The notes under the pieces were generated by a model. It ran no database searches. It was not told the DNA's origin and was given only the letters and a program-made list of their open reading frames with translations. Below, piece after piece: positions 1 to 8,493 of a stretch of 32,000 nt of DNA. The DNA comes from Pampinifervens diazotrophicum (GTDB taxonomy: Bacteria; Aquificota; Aquificia; Aquificales; Aquificaceae). Location of the stretch: positions 1,390,472-1,422,471 of the forward strand of contig NZ_CP117180.1 of NCBI RefSeq assembly GCF_033971325.1, written 5' to 3'. The stretch's first letter is position 1; the number at the start of each line of letters is the position of its first letter. The translations under genes were made by a program, and so were the position numbers.

Positions 1-588
1 ATTCACGAAGTGGACAGAAACCTCGAACTTTTAAAGCCTCTGGGAATAAGAGAATTTGAAAGAATGCCATACCTTTTCGTATCAGAAGAAGAGGAAAAAA
101 GGGCAAAGGATAAGTTTAGACTTCCTGAGAGCTTTGCAGTGCTCTCTCCTTTTTCCAACTTTAGGCTAAAGGAGTGGAATATTGACAGATGGTTGGAGCT
201 TTCCAAAAGGCTAAGTATAACGCCTGTCATAGTAGGAGCGGACACTCAAAGAGCAAATATTTTTGATAAGGTAGAGGGGATAAACCTCATAGGTAAGACC
301 TCTCTGAGAGAGCTTATGGCAGTTATAAGCCTGTCAAAAGTGGTAATTTCCTGCGATTCTGCACCAGTGCACATAGCCAACGCCCTCGGAGTTCCCGCCC
401 TTAGTGTATACACAGCCACATCGCCAGACTATGGCTTTTATCCTTTAATAGGTGATTATGTTAAACCTGAGCTTTATTGTTCTCCTTGTTCACCGAACCC
501 TAAGGTATGTAGGACAGGGACTCAAGCATGCTTAAGTATGGTGGGCGTGGGTGATGTCCTCAAAGGACTTGAGAGACTTCTTTCTTGA
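1..588 (+). CDS. Glycosyltransferase family 9 (LPS heptosyltransferase-like), C-terminal fragment; the gene starts upstream of the window
   Basis: The reading frame is open from nt 1; the GTG at 10 is only the ORF-caller start. The segment KTSLRELMAVISLSKVVISCDSAPVHIANALGVPALSVY resembles the nucleotide-sugar-binding half of RfaF/RfaC-type GT9 enzymes. Confidence 0.7.
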   Translation: MHEVDRNLELLKPLGIREFERMPYLFVSEEEEKRAKDKFRLPESFAVLSPFSNFRLKEWNIDRWLELSKRLSITPVIVGADTQRANIFDKVEGINLIGKTSLRELMAVISLSKVVISCDSAPVHIANALGVPALSVYTATSPDYGFYPLIGDYVKPELYCSPCSPNPKVCRTGTQACLSMVGVGDVLKGLERLLS

Positions 589-1667
589 TGGTTTATGACA
601 GACTGGGCTATGCCAAGAAGTATTAAGGATGCAAAAAGGTTAGATGAACCATAACTTACAAGAGGTAAAGCTATTCCCTTTGGTGGTATGAGGTTTGAAA
701 CCATGGCAAGATTCCAAAGAAAAGATATAGCGAAGTTCATAGCTGTCCCAAAAAGCAAAAGTTTTTCCATATGTCCCTTAGACATTAAAGCATACCATAG
801 CAGTCTTCCTACTAATATAGCGTATAGAATTATTATGACAAAAACGCCAACAAAGCCCATTTCTTCCCCCACAACCGCTATCACATAGTCCGTGTCAGAA
901 GCTGGCAAAGGTCCAAGTTTTTGAAGCCCCTGACCTATACCCACACCCATAATCCCTCCTCTGGCAAGGGCATACAGAGACTGTATTATCTGATATCCAC
1001 TATCCTCTGGGTCAACAAAAGGGTCTCTCCACGCAGAAAGCCTTTCCGCCACATAGCCCTTTGAGGTAAGTATGTAGTAAATAAAGAAAAAAAATACAGC
1101 AAGTATAAGAAGATAAGCCTTTTTGGGAACACCACCCACATAGACCATAAGGGCTGTCATAAGAAGTATAAAGACCGCTCCGCCCTTGTCAGGCTGTGTA
1201 AGAAGTAAAAGAGCAGTAATAATGGGAAAAAGCAAAGCCCAGAAAAGATGTTTCCACTGTCTTAGGTTTCCTTTACGAACTATGTAATAAGACAGGAATA
1301 TAAGGAGGGCAATTTTAGCAAACTCAAGAGGCTGTATACTGCCACCGAAAAGCCACCTATCAACAGCTTTACCAGTTATTAGCTTCTTTATAAAAACCGC
1401 CAAAAGACTAAGGATGGCTATTAGAGCAAACAAATAGGGAATAGCTCCACCCATGTATTTTCTGTAGTCGTACTTGGCGATAATACTCGCCAGCAGAAAT
1501 CCGATGAGGAAAACCAACATCTGAATGAGTGGCTTCTTGTATATACTCAACTTCTGATAGGAATCTATCAAATACGGAACCACATTCACGCTTATTATTA
1601 CAGCTTCGCCCATTAAAAAGAGGGAAATGACGCTAATTAATATCCACCCATCCCAGTTTCTTAGCAC
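522..1667 (-). CDS. SEDS-family peptidoglycan glycosyltransferase (FtsW/RodA/SpoVE family)
   Basis: 381 aa and polytopic, with about 10 hydrophobic helices. Family-typical motifs are present: QPLEFAKIALLIFLSYY, TQPDKGGAV, SGYQIIQSLYALARGGIMGVGIGQG, LPASDTDYVIAVVGEEMGF, PPKGIALPLVSYGSSN. Confidence 0.88.
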   Translation of the reverse strand: MLRNWDGWILISVISLFLMGEAVIISVNVVPYLIDSYQKLSIYKKPLIQMLVFLIGFLLASIIAKYDYRKYMGGAIPYLFALIAILSLLAVFIKKLITGKAVDRWLFGGSIQPLEFAKIALLIFLSYYIVRKGNLRQWKHLFWALLFPIITALLLLTQPDKGGAVFILLMTALMVYVGGVPKKAYLLILAVFFFFIYYILTSKGYVAERLSAWRDPFVDPEDSGYQIIQSLYALARGGIMGVGIGQGLQKLGPLPASDTDYVIAVVGEEMGFVGVFVIIILYAILVGRLLWYALMSKGHMEKLLLFGTAMNFAISFLWNLAMVSNLIPPKGIALPLVSYGSSNLFASLILLGIAQSVINHQERSLSSPLRTSPTPTILKHA

Positions 1668-1716
1668 GATAAAAAGTATACCAAAGGGTGAAAAAGATGT
1701 ATAATATATACTGATA

Positions 1717-1792
1717 TCCGGGGTAGCTCAACCGGCAGAGCAGGCGGCTGTTAACCGTCAGGTTGGGGGTTCGAGTCCCTCCCCCGGAGCCA
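1717..1792 (+). tRNA. tRNA-Asn (anticodon GTT), CCA encoded
   Basis: Hand-folded cloverleaf: acceptor TCCGGGG/CCCCGGA, anticodon stem GGCGG/CCGTC with loop CTGTTAA, T-arm GGGGG-TTCGAGT-CCCTC, discriminator G then CCA. Confidence 0.93.
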
Positions 1793-1800
1793 ATAAAAAC

Positions 1801-2376
1801 ATGGTAGAGATAAAAGGAGTGACCCTTCCTGTTGTGCTGGTAGAAATAAAAGAAGGTGGAAATATAAGTTCCCTCATAGAAGAGATAGAGCAGAAACTTT
1901 CTTCAAAACTTTTTGAAGGTAGCTATGTGCTAATAGATGGAAAGGGTCTGCTTAAGAAGGGAGAAATTGAAAAAATAGAAAAAGCCCTCACAGAGAGAAA
2001 TATAAAAAGCGTAAAGAAGCTCAGTTTTTCAGGTCTGGGAGACACAAAAAGAGAAAGGCTAATGGTAGTTCAGAGGCATCTTAGGTCTGGTCAGAGGGTA
2101 GAACACAACGGAGATATTTTGGTGCTTGGAGATGTGAATAAGGACGCACAGGTAGTGGCAACGGGGAACATAATAGTTATGGGTAAGCTAAGAGGTATTG
2201 CGGTAGCAGGAGCTTTGGGTGATGAAAGTGCAGTGGTGGTTGCTCTGGAAATGGAGCCACAGCAGATAAGAATAGGCAAAAGGGTAGCCATACTGAACGA
2301 AGAGGAGAGAAAATCCCCAGGCTATCCCGAGATTGCAAAAGTTGAAGATGGTAATATAATACTTGAGAGGGTATAG
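1801..2376 (+). CDS. minC: Septum site-determining protein MinC
   Basis: The C-terminal beta-helix signature (SGQRVEHNGDILVLGDVNKDAQVVATGNIIVMGKLRGIAVAG) is typical of MinC. It lies directly upstream of minD and minE. Confidence 0.88.
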   Translation: MVEIKGVTLPVVLVEIKEGGNISSLIEEIEQKLSSKLFEGSYVLIDGKGLLKKGEIEKIEKALTERNIKSVKKLSFSGLGDTKRERLMVVQRHLRSGQRVEHNGDILVLGDVNKDAQVVATGNIIVMGKLRGIAVAGALGDESAVVVALEMEPQQIRIGKRVAILNEEERKSPGYPEIAKVEDGNIILERV

Positions 2377-3165
2377 ATGAGCATAGTCTTTGTTGTTACA
2401 TCTGGAAAGGGAGGCGTAGGTAAAACCACCATAACAGCCAACCTTAGCGTTGCTCTGGCAAGTTTTGGAAAAAAAGTTCTTGCGGTGGATGCGGATATAG
2501 GACTAAGAAACCTTGATATGATACTGGGGCTTGAGAACAGAATAGTCTACGATGTGCTTGATGTGCTTGAAGGCAGGGTGGATTTTCATAAGGCTCTCGT
2601 AAAGGATAAAAGGGGGCTAAGCCTGTGGCTACTTCCCGCAAATCAAACAAGAAATAAGGATGCTATAGACAGAGATAGATGGGTTGACCTCATAAACAGA
2701 GTGAAAGAGTCTGGGGAATACGATTACATTTTCATAGACTCTCCTGCAGGCATAGAACAAGGTTTTCAGATAGCTTCCTTGCCAGCAGATAAAGCACTTG
2801 TAGTGGTAAATCCTGAAGTTTCTTCTATAAGGGATGCGGACAGGATAATTGGACTGTTAGAAAACATGGGCAAGAAAGACTACTACCTCGTAATAAACAG
2901 GATAAAGTGGGAAAGTGTGAAAAAGGGCGAGATGCTTTCAGTGGAAGACATAGTGGATATACTAAAAGCCCAACCCATAGGCATAGTGCCAGAAGAACCA
3001 AAGCTCGTAGACTTTACTAACAGAGGTGAACCTATAGTTCTTTCACAGCAATACAACGCATCAAAAGCTATCATAGATATGGCAAAAAGGATTGAAGGTG
3101 AGGATGTTCCTATGGTCCGCTATGGAGAGAAAAAGGGGCTCCTTGAAAAGCTCTTAGGGAGATAG
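2377..3165 (+). CDS. minD: Septum site-determining ATPase MinD
   Basis: Deviant Walker A (TSGKGGVGKTT), DADIGLRNLD and IDSPAGIE motifs; 262 aa; C-terminal amphipathic tail KKGLLEKLLGR. The start abuts the minC stop. Confidence 0.95.
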   Translation: MSIVFVVTSGKGGVGKTTITANLSVALASFGKKVLAVDADIGLRNLDMILGLENRIVYDVLDVLEGRVDFHKALVKDKRGLSLWLLPANQTRNKDAIDRDRWVDLINRVKESGEYDYIFIDSPAGIEQGFQIASLPADKALVVVNPEVSSIRDADRIIGLLENMGKKDYYLVINRIKWESVKKGEMLSVEDIVDILKAQPIGIVPEEPKLVDFTNRGEPIVLSQQYNASKAIIDMAKRIEGEDVPMVRYGEKKGLLEKLLGR

Positions 3166-3167
3166 GT

Positions 3168-3410
3168 ATGATATGGGACCTTCTTTTCAACAGAGGTAAG
3201 AGCAAAGATGAGGCAAAGAAAAGACTTACCCTTGTTTTATCCTATGAAAGAAAAGGTCTTCCACCTAACTTCGTTGATAGACTTAGGGATGACCTTATAT
3301 CAGTGTTTTCCAAATATCCGCAATTTGAGGTCAAAAAGATAGAAGTAGATATAAGAAAAGACAAAGACGATTTTGATGAGCTTTGGATTAGCATACCCTT
3401 TAAGCAATGA
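3168..3410 (+). CDS. minE: Cell division topological specificity factor MinE
   Basis: 80 aa; N-terminal MIWDLLFNRGKSKDEAKKRLTLVL is the typical MinE membrane-targeting/anti-MinCD region. It begins 2 nt after minD. Confidence 0.88.
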   Translation: MIWDLLFNRGKSKDEAKKRLTLVLSYERKGLPPNFVDRLRDDLISVFSKYPQFEVKKIEVDIRKDKDDFDELWISIPFKQ

Positions 3411-4204
3411 GGTTGCCAGTTTTACTCCTCGACCTTGACGGAGTTTTGGTAAAGGATAAGGCTTTGAACCCCTTTGAAGACACTGTAGGTTTTTTGCAAA
3501 GTATAAGAACCTTAGGTATACCCTTTAGGGTGGTTTCCAACAACTCTACAAGACCGCCAGATAAACTATTAGAGGAATTAGGAAAGAAAGGTGTAGAGCT
3601 TAAAAAGGAGGAATTTATTTCACCCTTGTCAATACTTGGAGACTACCTTAGAGCTCAAGGTATAAAGAGGGTCTTCTTTATAGGCATGCCTGTGGTAGAG
3701 GAATACATAAGAACTCTCGGCTTTGAGGTAGCTCAGGACTATATGGTGGATACGGTGGTGATAGGTCAAGATAGAAACCTTGACTTCAACAAGCTAAAAA
3801 TTGCCACCTCTGCGGTTTTTCTAAAAGGTGCCAAGCTAATTCCTATAAATTTAAGTAGAATCGTAAAGGACGATGATGGGCTTTACTTTCCGGGGGCTGG
3901 GTCTATAGCTATGGCTATAGCTCATGCTTGTAAATATGACAAAGCCCTGCCTAATCTTGGCAAACCCTCTGAAGAGTTTATAAGATACGCTCTTGAAGGT
4001 TTGAGAGGTAGTGAGGTTTATTTAGTAAGCGACGATATATATACAGACCTTGTGGGTGCAAAGGAGCTTGGTATAAAAACAGTTTTTATGACCACAGGTA
4101 AATACAAAAAAGAAGAACTATCGAAGGCTAACTTTACCCCAGACTTGGTTTTTGATAGCCTCTCAGAACTACTGGATTATCTTTATAAAGCTGTTTCTTC
4201 TTAA
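3407..4204 (+). CDS. HAD-superfamily hydrolase, subfamily IIA (NagD-like phosphatase)
   Basis: HAD motifs are present: I LLLDLDGVL, II VSNNSTR, III GKPS, IV VSDDIYTDLVGAKELGIKTVFMTTG. ATGA overlap with the minE stop. Confidence 0.75.
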   Translation: MRLPVLLLDLDGVLVKDKALNPFEDTVGFLQSIRTLGIPFRVVSNNSTRPPDKLLEELGKKGVELKKEEFISPLSILGDYLRAQGIKRVFFIGMPVVEEYIRTLGFEVAQDYMVDTVVIGQDRNLDFNKLKIATSAVFLKGAKLIPINLSRIVKDDDGLYFPGAGSIAMAIAHACKYDKALPNLGKPSEEFIRYALEGLRGSEVYLVSDDIYTDLVGAKELGIKTVFMTTGKYKKEELSKANFTPDLVFDSLSELLDYLYKAVSS

Positions 4205-5011
4205 CCTTTCGAGAAGTTCCTGTCTTCTTGTCTCCATTTTCCTTAGCAGAATCTCTTCTCTAAGTTCCTCTATGCTTTTGCCTTCGGTTATTTCCTCCTG
4301 GGATAGGACCTTGGCTATATACACATAGTCTTTATCTTCCGCAAAAACTATTTCTCCTGGGCTTGCCTTCCAAACTTCTTTGTCCAAAAATTCCACCAAA
4401 TCTCCTCTCGCAACCCTTAGTTTTTCTAAACTTGCTCCCATTTCCTTAGCTATGGCATCAAGTCCTTTTTCTGGGCTAAATATTATTTTTAATTTCCCTT
4501 CATCCCTTCTATCTATTACAAGAAGTTCTATGTTTCTAACCACTCTTATATTACCACTTTTGAGCTTTTCCAACTCAAGCTCCACGTCGGAAACTCTAAC
4601 TTCTCTTTCAAGAAAGGCAATAAGGCCCTGTGTAGCCAAAATTTCTCTCTCTAAGAATCTTCTAAGGTCCTGAAGGGTAAGACCCTCTTTTGCAAGCTCT
4701 TGAGCTATCCCATCAAGGGTCATCCTGTTTACCCTTGCGATGTTTACTAAGGCTTGCTCTATTAGTTCAGGTGGCACCTGCATGCCTCTTCCTATGAGGA
4801 ACTGGTATAGTAGCATATCCTCTATGAGTTTATCGATAACGTCTTTCCTGTTGGTTGTAGCATAGTAGAGCATACCCATCTTAATGTCGCTCTCAAGTAT
4901 AGGTTCTGAGTTTACAGAAGCCACCACCTTGTCTACAAGAACCGCAGAAAAGCTCAAAGTTGTCCAAAGTAGAACTCCACCGAGTATCTTTTTGAAACCT
5001 CCTGAAACCAT
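4169..5011 (-). CDS. SurA N-terminal-domain periplasmic chaperone-like protein
   Basis: Signal peptide (KKILGGVLLWTTLSFSAVL) followed by VDKVVASVNSEPILESDIKMG, the characteristic SurA_N start. The rest is a helical chaperone-like body. The start codon is uncertain because it gives a 58-nt overlap with the upstream gene. Confidence 0.6.
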   Translation of the reverse strand: MVSGGFKKILGGVLLWTTLSFSAVLVDKVVASVNSEPILESDIKMGMLYYATTNRKDVIDKLIEDMLLYQFLIGRGMQVPPELIEQALVNIARVNRMTLDGIAQELAKEGLTLQDLRRFLEREILATQGLIAFLEREVRVSDVELELEKLKSGNIRVVRNIELLVIDRRDEGKLKIIFSPEKGLDAIAKEMGASLEKLRVARGDLVEFLDKEVWKASPGEIVFAEDKDYVYIAKVLSQEEITEGKSIEELREEILLRKMETRRQELLERLRRNSFIKIIQ

Positions 5012-5775
5012 CTTTGGAAAACCTCCTGTCTTTTTTCCCTAAGGAGCTTTTCTCTTACTATGGGCTTTGCCTCCTCAAGGGGCATTATACCACTTCCTCT
5101 TCTGTTCGCTATTCTAAAAATGACATAACTTCCACCCACCTCTATAGGTCTTGTGGTCTTACCTACTTCGTAGGGATACAGCTGGCGTCTTACTATCTCT
5201 GGTAATGTCTGGATAGAATACCACATGGGCTGACCTACTCTTACTTCTACACTTCTAACAGGTTGTCCTCTTGAAAGACTATAATATACCTCGTTAGCGG
5301 TATCAAGACTGCTTGTTGTATACCTTTCCAAAAGAACCTGTGCGGGAAGTTTAAAATCTCTTAGGTTAAGGTAATAGTAGGCGGTTATCTGTCCATCCTT
5401 AACATCAAGGTCTCTTGCTATCCTGTTTATTATTTTCTGGCTTAGTATCTCCGTGGTTATAAGCTCTTTCGCCACATCACTTAGACGCTTACTACCTATA
5501 TGCCTTTCCACATACTCCTCAAATTCCTGCGGGCTAACGGATATACCCATCCTTTTGGCTTCCATCTGTATTATTTTGCTTCTAACATACTCCACAAGAA
5601 ACTCTTGAAGGTCTCTTTGTGTAGATCTTGCTATGGGTAAATGTAGTATTTCTCTCCAGTATGCATTGAAGGCTTGTTGGACCTCTGCGGAGGTTATTTG
5701 CTCCCTATCTATGCGTGCTACCACTTTGGCAGAGGCGATGTTAAGTATAAGGAGGATGAGAATCAATAGCTTCAT
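4954..5775 (-). CDS. SurA/PpiD-like peptidyl-prolyl isomerase family protein (parvulin-like C-terminus)
   Basis: Signal peptide MKLLILILLILNIASA; SurA_N-like KVVARIDREQITSAEVQQA; C-terminal segment PYEVGKTTRPIEVGGSYVIFRIANRR resembles the end of a PpiC-type rotamase domain. Confidence 0.55.
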   Translation of the reverse strand: MKLLILILLILNIASAKVVARIDREQITSAEVQQAFNAYWREILHLPIARSTQRDLQEFLVEYVRSKIIQMEAKRMGISVSPQEFEEYVERHIGSKRLSDVAKELITTEILSQKIINRIARDLDVKDGQITAYYYLNLRDFKLPAQVLLERYTTSSLDTANEVYYSLSRGQPVRSVEVRVGQPMWYSIQTLPEIVRRQLYPYEVGKTTRPIEVGGSYVIFRIANRRGSGIMPLEEAKPIVREKLLREKRQEVFQRWFQEVSKRYSVEFYFGQL

Positions 5776-5792
5776 GGGTATATTATAGCAGT

Positions 5793-6683
5793 ATGCAGGC
5801 GGTTATAACTTTGGTTGTGCTAATTTCCTTTAGCCTATTAGGGCTTTATGCAAAGGAGCTCTTCTTACAACTAAAGCCAGCTATTCCCTATCTTCTCGCA
5901 CTTATCATGCTAAGCATGGGTTTAACACTAAGAGGTGAGGAGTTCTACGAGGTGTTTAGAAAGCCGCTTGGAATAATATACGCTGGACTTTTACAGTTTA
6001 CCATAATGCCTTTGCTGGGTTATGGTATAGCTCTTATGTTGAAAGTCAACGAATATATAATGTATGGTTCTGTTTTGGTCGGTTCTGCTCCCGGTGGCAC
6101 CGCTTCTAATGTAATAACCTACCTCTCGGGTGGAAACCTTGCCTATTCTGTGAGCATGACAACCTTTTCTACTCTCATCTCTCCCATAATGACACCCCTT
6201 CTCACCTATACGCTTATAGGTAAGAGGGTTGACCTGCCATTAGCTTCTATGGTCTTAGACCTTCTCTTAATAGTCCTATTACCAGTTTTGGTAGGCATCC
6301 TTATAAGAAGGGTTTTTCCAAGGATTAGGCATCTTGAGACCCTACTACCATACCTTGCGGTCTTTTTTATAGGGGTTATAATCGCCACTGTTCTTGCCCT
6401 AAACTCAGAGAGGCTCAAGGAACTTTCCATGCAGGTTTTTATACTTGTTCTCCTTCACAACCTTTTGGGTTTTCTTCTTGGATACATTTTTGCAAAAATT
6501 GTAGGCTTTGACAGAACCTATGCCAAAACCCTTTCCATAGAGGTGGGAATGCAAAACTCTGGTTTGGCTACAGTCCTTGCCCTTAGATATTTTCCTCCAG
6601 AGTCTGCCCTTCCTGGTGCCCTCTTTAGCCTCATGCAAAACCTCAACGGACTAATTTTGTCTATCATATTCAGAAGGCTATGA
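5793..6683 (+). CDS. Bile acid:sodium symporter (BASS/SBF) family transporter
   Basis: 296 aa polytopic membrane protein with the family core motif VLVGSAPGGTASNVITYLSGGNLAYSVSMT and the second-repeat EVGMQNSGLA motif. Confidence 0.82.
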   Translation: MQAVITLVVLISFSLLGLYAKELFLQLKPAIPYLLALIMLSMGLTLRGEEFYEVFRKPLGIIYAGLLQFTIMPLLGYGIALMLKVNEYIMYGSVLVGSAPGGTASNVITYLSGGNLAYSVSMTTFSTLISPIMTPLLTYTLIGKRVDLPLASMVLDLLLIVLLPVLVGILIRRVFPRIRHLETLLPYLAVFFIGVIIATVLALNSERLKELSMQVFILVLLHNLLGFLLGYIFAKIVGFDRTYAKTLSIEVGMQNSGLATVLALRYFPPESALPGALFSLMQNLNGLILSIIFRRL

Positions 6684-7330
6684 AAAGGTTTTTGCCTCTC
6701 TTGCTTTTTATTTCTTCCTGTTCTGTGGTGGTGCAGGATAGGTCTACAGGAGCGGATGGTGAGTTAAGGGTTAACTGCCCTGAGGTATTGCGGACTGAAG
6801 GCTTTTACTGCACAGGAGATAGAGCATACAGCAATTTGGTTCAAAGTGGAAGCAGAGTAAGGGTAGTTAACACAGCCACTGGCAAAAGCATAACTATAGC
6901 GGTTTTCAGAAGAGAAGACATAAGAGGTATATGTGTTCCTGAGAGGTTCAGAAATATTCTTGGAAATGAACCCTTTCCAGCAAGGCTTGAAATTCAAAGA
7001 TGTGGAGTGGATGACAGAAGAACATGCCCTGCAAGGATAAGAGGTCTTGCCAGTTATTACGCAGAACCTTACCATGGTAGAGAAACTCCCTATGGAATTA
7101 GGTATGACATGCATGGCTACTACTCCGCAAGCCCAGACTTGCCCTTGGGAAGCCTCCTTAAGGTAAAAAACCTCAAGAACGGTAGAGAGGTGGTCGTAAA
7201 GGTCATAGACAGAGGTCCACTAAAGCCCGGAAGAGTCCTTGACCTTTCTTATTCCGCCGCAAGGGATTTAGATATGCTCAGAGACGGAGTTGTAGAAGTT
7301 CAAGCCCTTGTGCTAAGATGTGGAGATTGA
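6680..7330 (+). CDS. rlpA: RlpA-like lipoprotein (septal ring lytic transglycosylase, DPBB domain)
   Basis: Lipobox MKRFLPLLLFISSC. DPBB core GLASYYAEPYHGRETPYGIRYDMHGYYSASPDLPLGSLLKVKNLKNGREVVVKVIDRGPLKPGRVLDLSYSAARDL. ATGA overlap with the upstream gene. Confidence 0.85.
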   Translation: MKRFLPLLLFISSCSVVVQDRSTGADGELRVNCPEVLRTEGFYCTGDRAYSNLVQSGSRVRVVNTATGKSITIAVFRREDIRGICVPERFRNILGNEPFPARLEIQRCGVDDRRTCPARIRGLASYYAEPYHGRETPYGIRYDMHGYYSASPDLPLGSLLKVKNLKNGREVVVKVIDRGPLKPGRVLDLSYSAARDLDMLRDGVVEVQALVLRCGD

Positions 7331-7468
7331 AGAGAAACGTCCTTTCCTTTTAGCCTCTTTCACTTCTTGCCCCTTCAGGCAGTGATAATAAACCTCAAGG
7401 CTTGCTAAGAATTTTGCTCGTGCTAATCTTACTCATATCCGCCTATAAGGTCTGGAGGCACTAACTTC

Positions 7469-7497
7469 TTGACAATTTTTTGTCATTAATATACAAT
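7469..7497 (+). promoter_or_regulatory. Near-consensus sigma70-type promoter (TTGACA-17 nt-TACAAT) for the regulator-modABC operon
   Basis: TTGACA at 7469-7474, a 17-nt spacer, TACAAT at 7492-7497. An inverted repeat TGACA-N6-TGTCA (7470-7485) overlaps the -35 and spacer, and a further TGTCA lies at 7502-7506. Confidence 0.6.
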
Positions 7498-7506
7498 ATA
7501 CTGTCA

Positions 7507-8493
7507 ATGAACAGGGTCAAAGAACTGCGTCAAAGTCTTGGCTTGTCTCAGGAGGAGCTATCCAAGATAACAAACATTCCAAGGACTACCATAAGTGCCA
7601 TAGAGTCTGGTAAGGCTACACCTTCTGTAGACTATGCTCTAAGGCTTGCCAAGGCTTTAAGATGCACTGTAGAGGAGCTTTTTGGAGAGGAAGAGTTTGT
7701 TCCCTTTTTGGGCTTTAAGGAAGGGCTTTTTGTTAGCTATCAAGTAGGTGAGAGGAGAGTTCTCTTTCCAATAAACCTGTCAGAGGCGGAAGACTGCCCA
7801 GAGGGCTATTTCAAAGAGGGCAAAGTGGAGTGGTTCAACAGACAAACTCTACCCACATACACCTTTGCGGGTTGCGACCCTTCCTTTAAACTCCTCTCAA
7901 AAGCCCTCAGAGAAGAGGGAATAAGGCTTTTAGTTATAAACCTTCCAAGTATGAAGGCTCTTGAGCTTCTCAAAGATGGTTTTGTTCATATGGCGGGGGT
8001 CCACATGGGAAGTTTTGAAGAGAACATAAGGCTGGCAAGAAGTTTTCTTGGCAAGAGATATAAGTCTGTAAAGCTCTTCTCTTGGGAAGAAGGTATAGCG
8101 GTTAGAGAAAAGTATTCTCTTCAGGAGCTAAAGGGCAAACTTTGGCTTGCAAGAGAGGAAGGAAGCGGTGCAAGGAAGGTCTTTGAAGAGTTAAGAAAGG
8201 ACATGGCAATAGAGAACTTCAGAGTTGTCTCTGGAGGTCATGAAAAGATAGCCTTTAGCCTAATGGAAGGCTTTGGTGATGCGGGAATTACCACAAAAGC
8301 CTATGCCCTTGAGTATGGACTTAGTTTCTTGGGTGTAAAGTGGGAAGACTATTGCCTTTGCTATAGAGAGGATTTAGAAGAGGACAGAAACTTTCTTAGA
8401 GTTGTTGACTTTCTCAAAAGCAAAAGGCATACACGCTTACTTTCTTACCTACCGGGTTATGAAAAAAAATCCCTTGAGGAGGTTTTACTATGA
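7507..8493 (+). CDS. XRE-family HTH transcriptional regulator fused to a periplasmic-binding-protein-like (PBP_like) sensor domain; probable molybdate/tungstate-responsive regulator
   Basis: N-terminal HTH: MNRVKELRQSLGLSQEELSKITNIPRTTISAIESGKATPSVDYALRLAKAL. The C-terminal ~230 aa resembles the PBP-like domain commonly fused to HTH next to mod genes (SMKALELLKDGFVHMAGVHM). ATGA overlap with modA. I prefer the ATG at 7507 over the TTG at 7480, which lies inside the predicted promoter. Confidence 0.7.
   Translation: MNRVKELRQSLGLSQEELSKITNIPRTTISAIESGKATPSVDYALRLAKALRCTVEELFGEEEFVPFLGFKEGLFVSYQVGERRVLFPINLSEAEDCPEGYFKEGKVEWFNRQTLPTYTFAGCDPSFKLLSKALREEGIRLLVINLPSMKALELLKDGFVHMAGVHMGSFEENIRLARSFLGKRYKSVKLFSWEEGIAVREKYSLQELKGKLWLAREEGSGARKVFEELRKDMAIENFRVVSGGHEKIAFSLMEGFGDAGITTKAYALEYGLSFLGVKWEDYCLCYREDLEEDRNFLRVVDFLKSKRHTRLLSYLPGYEKKSLEEVLL

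Noticed and set aside
7480-7506. TTG start at 7480 for the XRE regulator, adding MSLIYNILS to the N-terminus.
   Set aside because: These codons lie within the spacer and -10 of a near-consensus promoter (TTGACA-17-TACAAT). The HTH domain starts naturally at the ATG at 7507.
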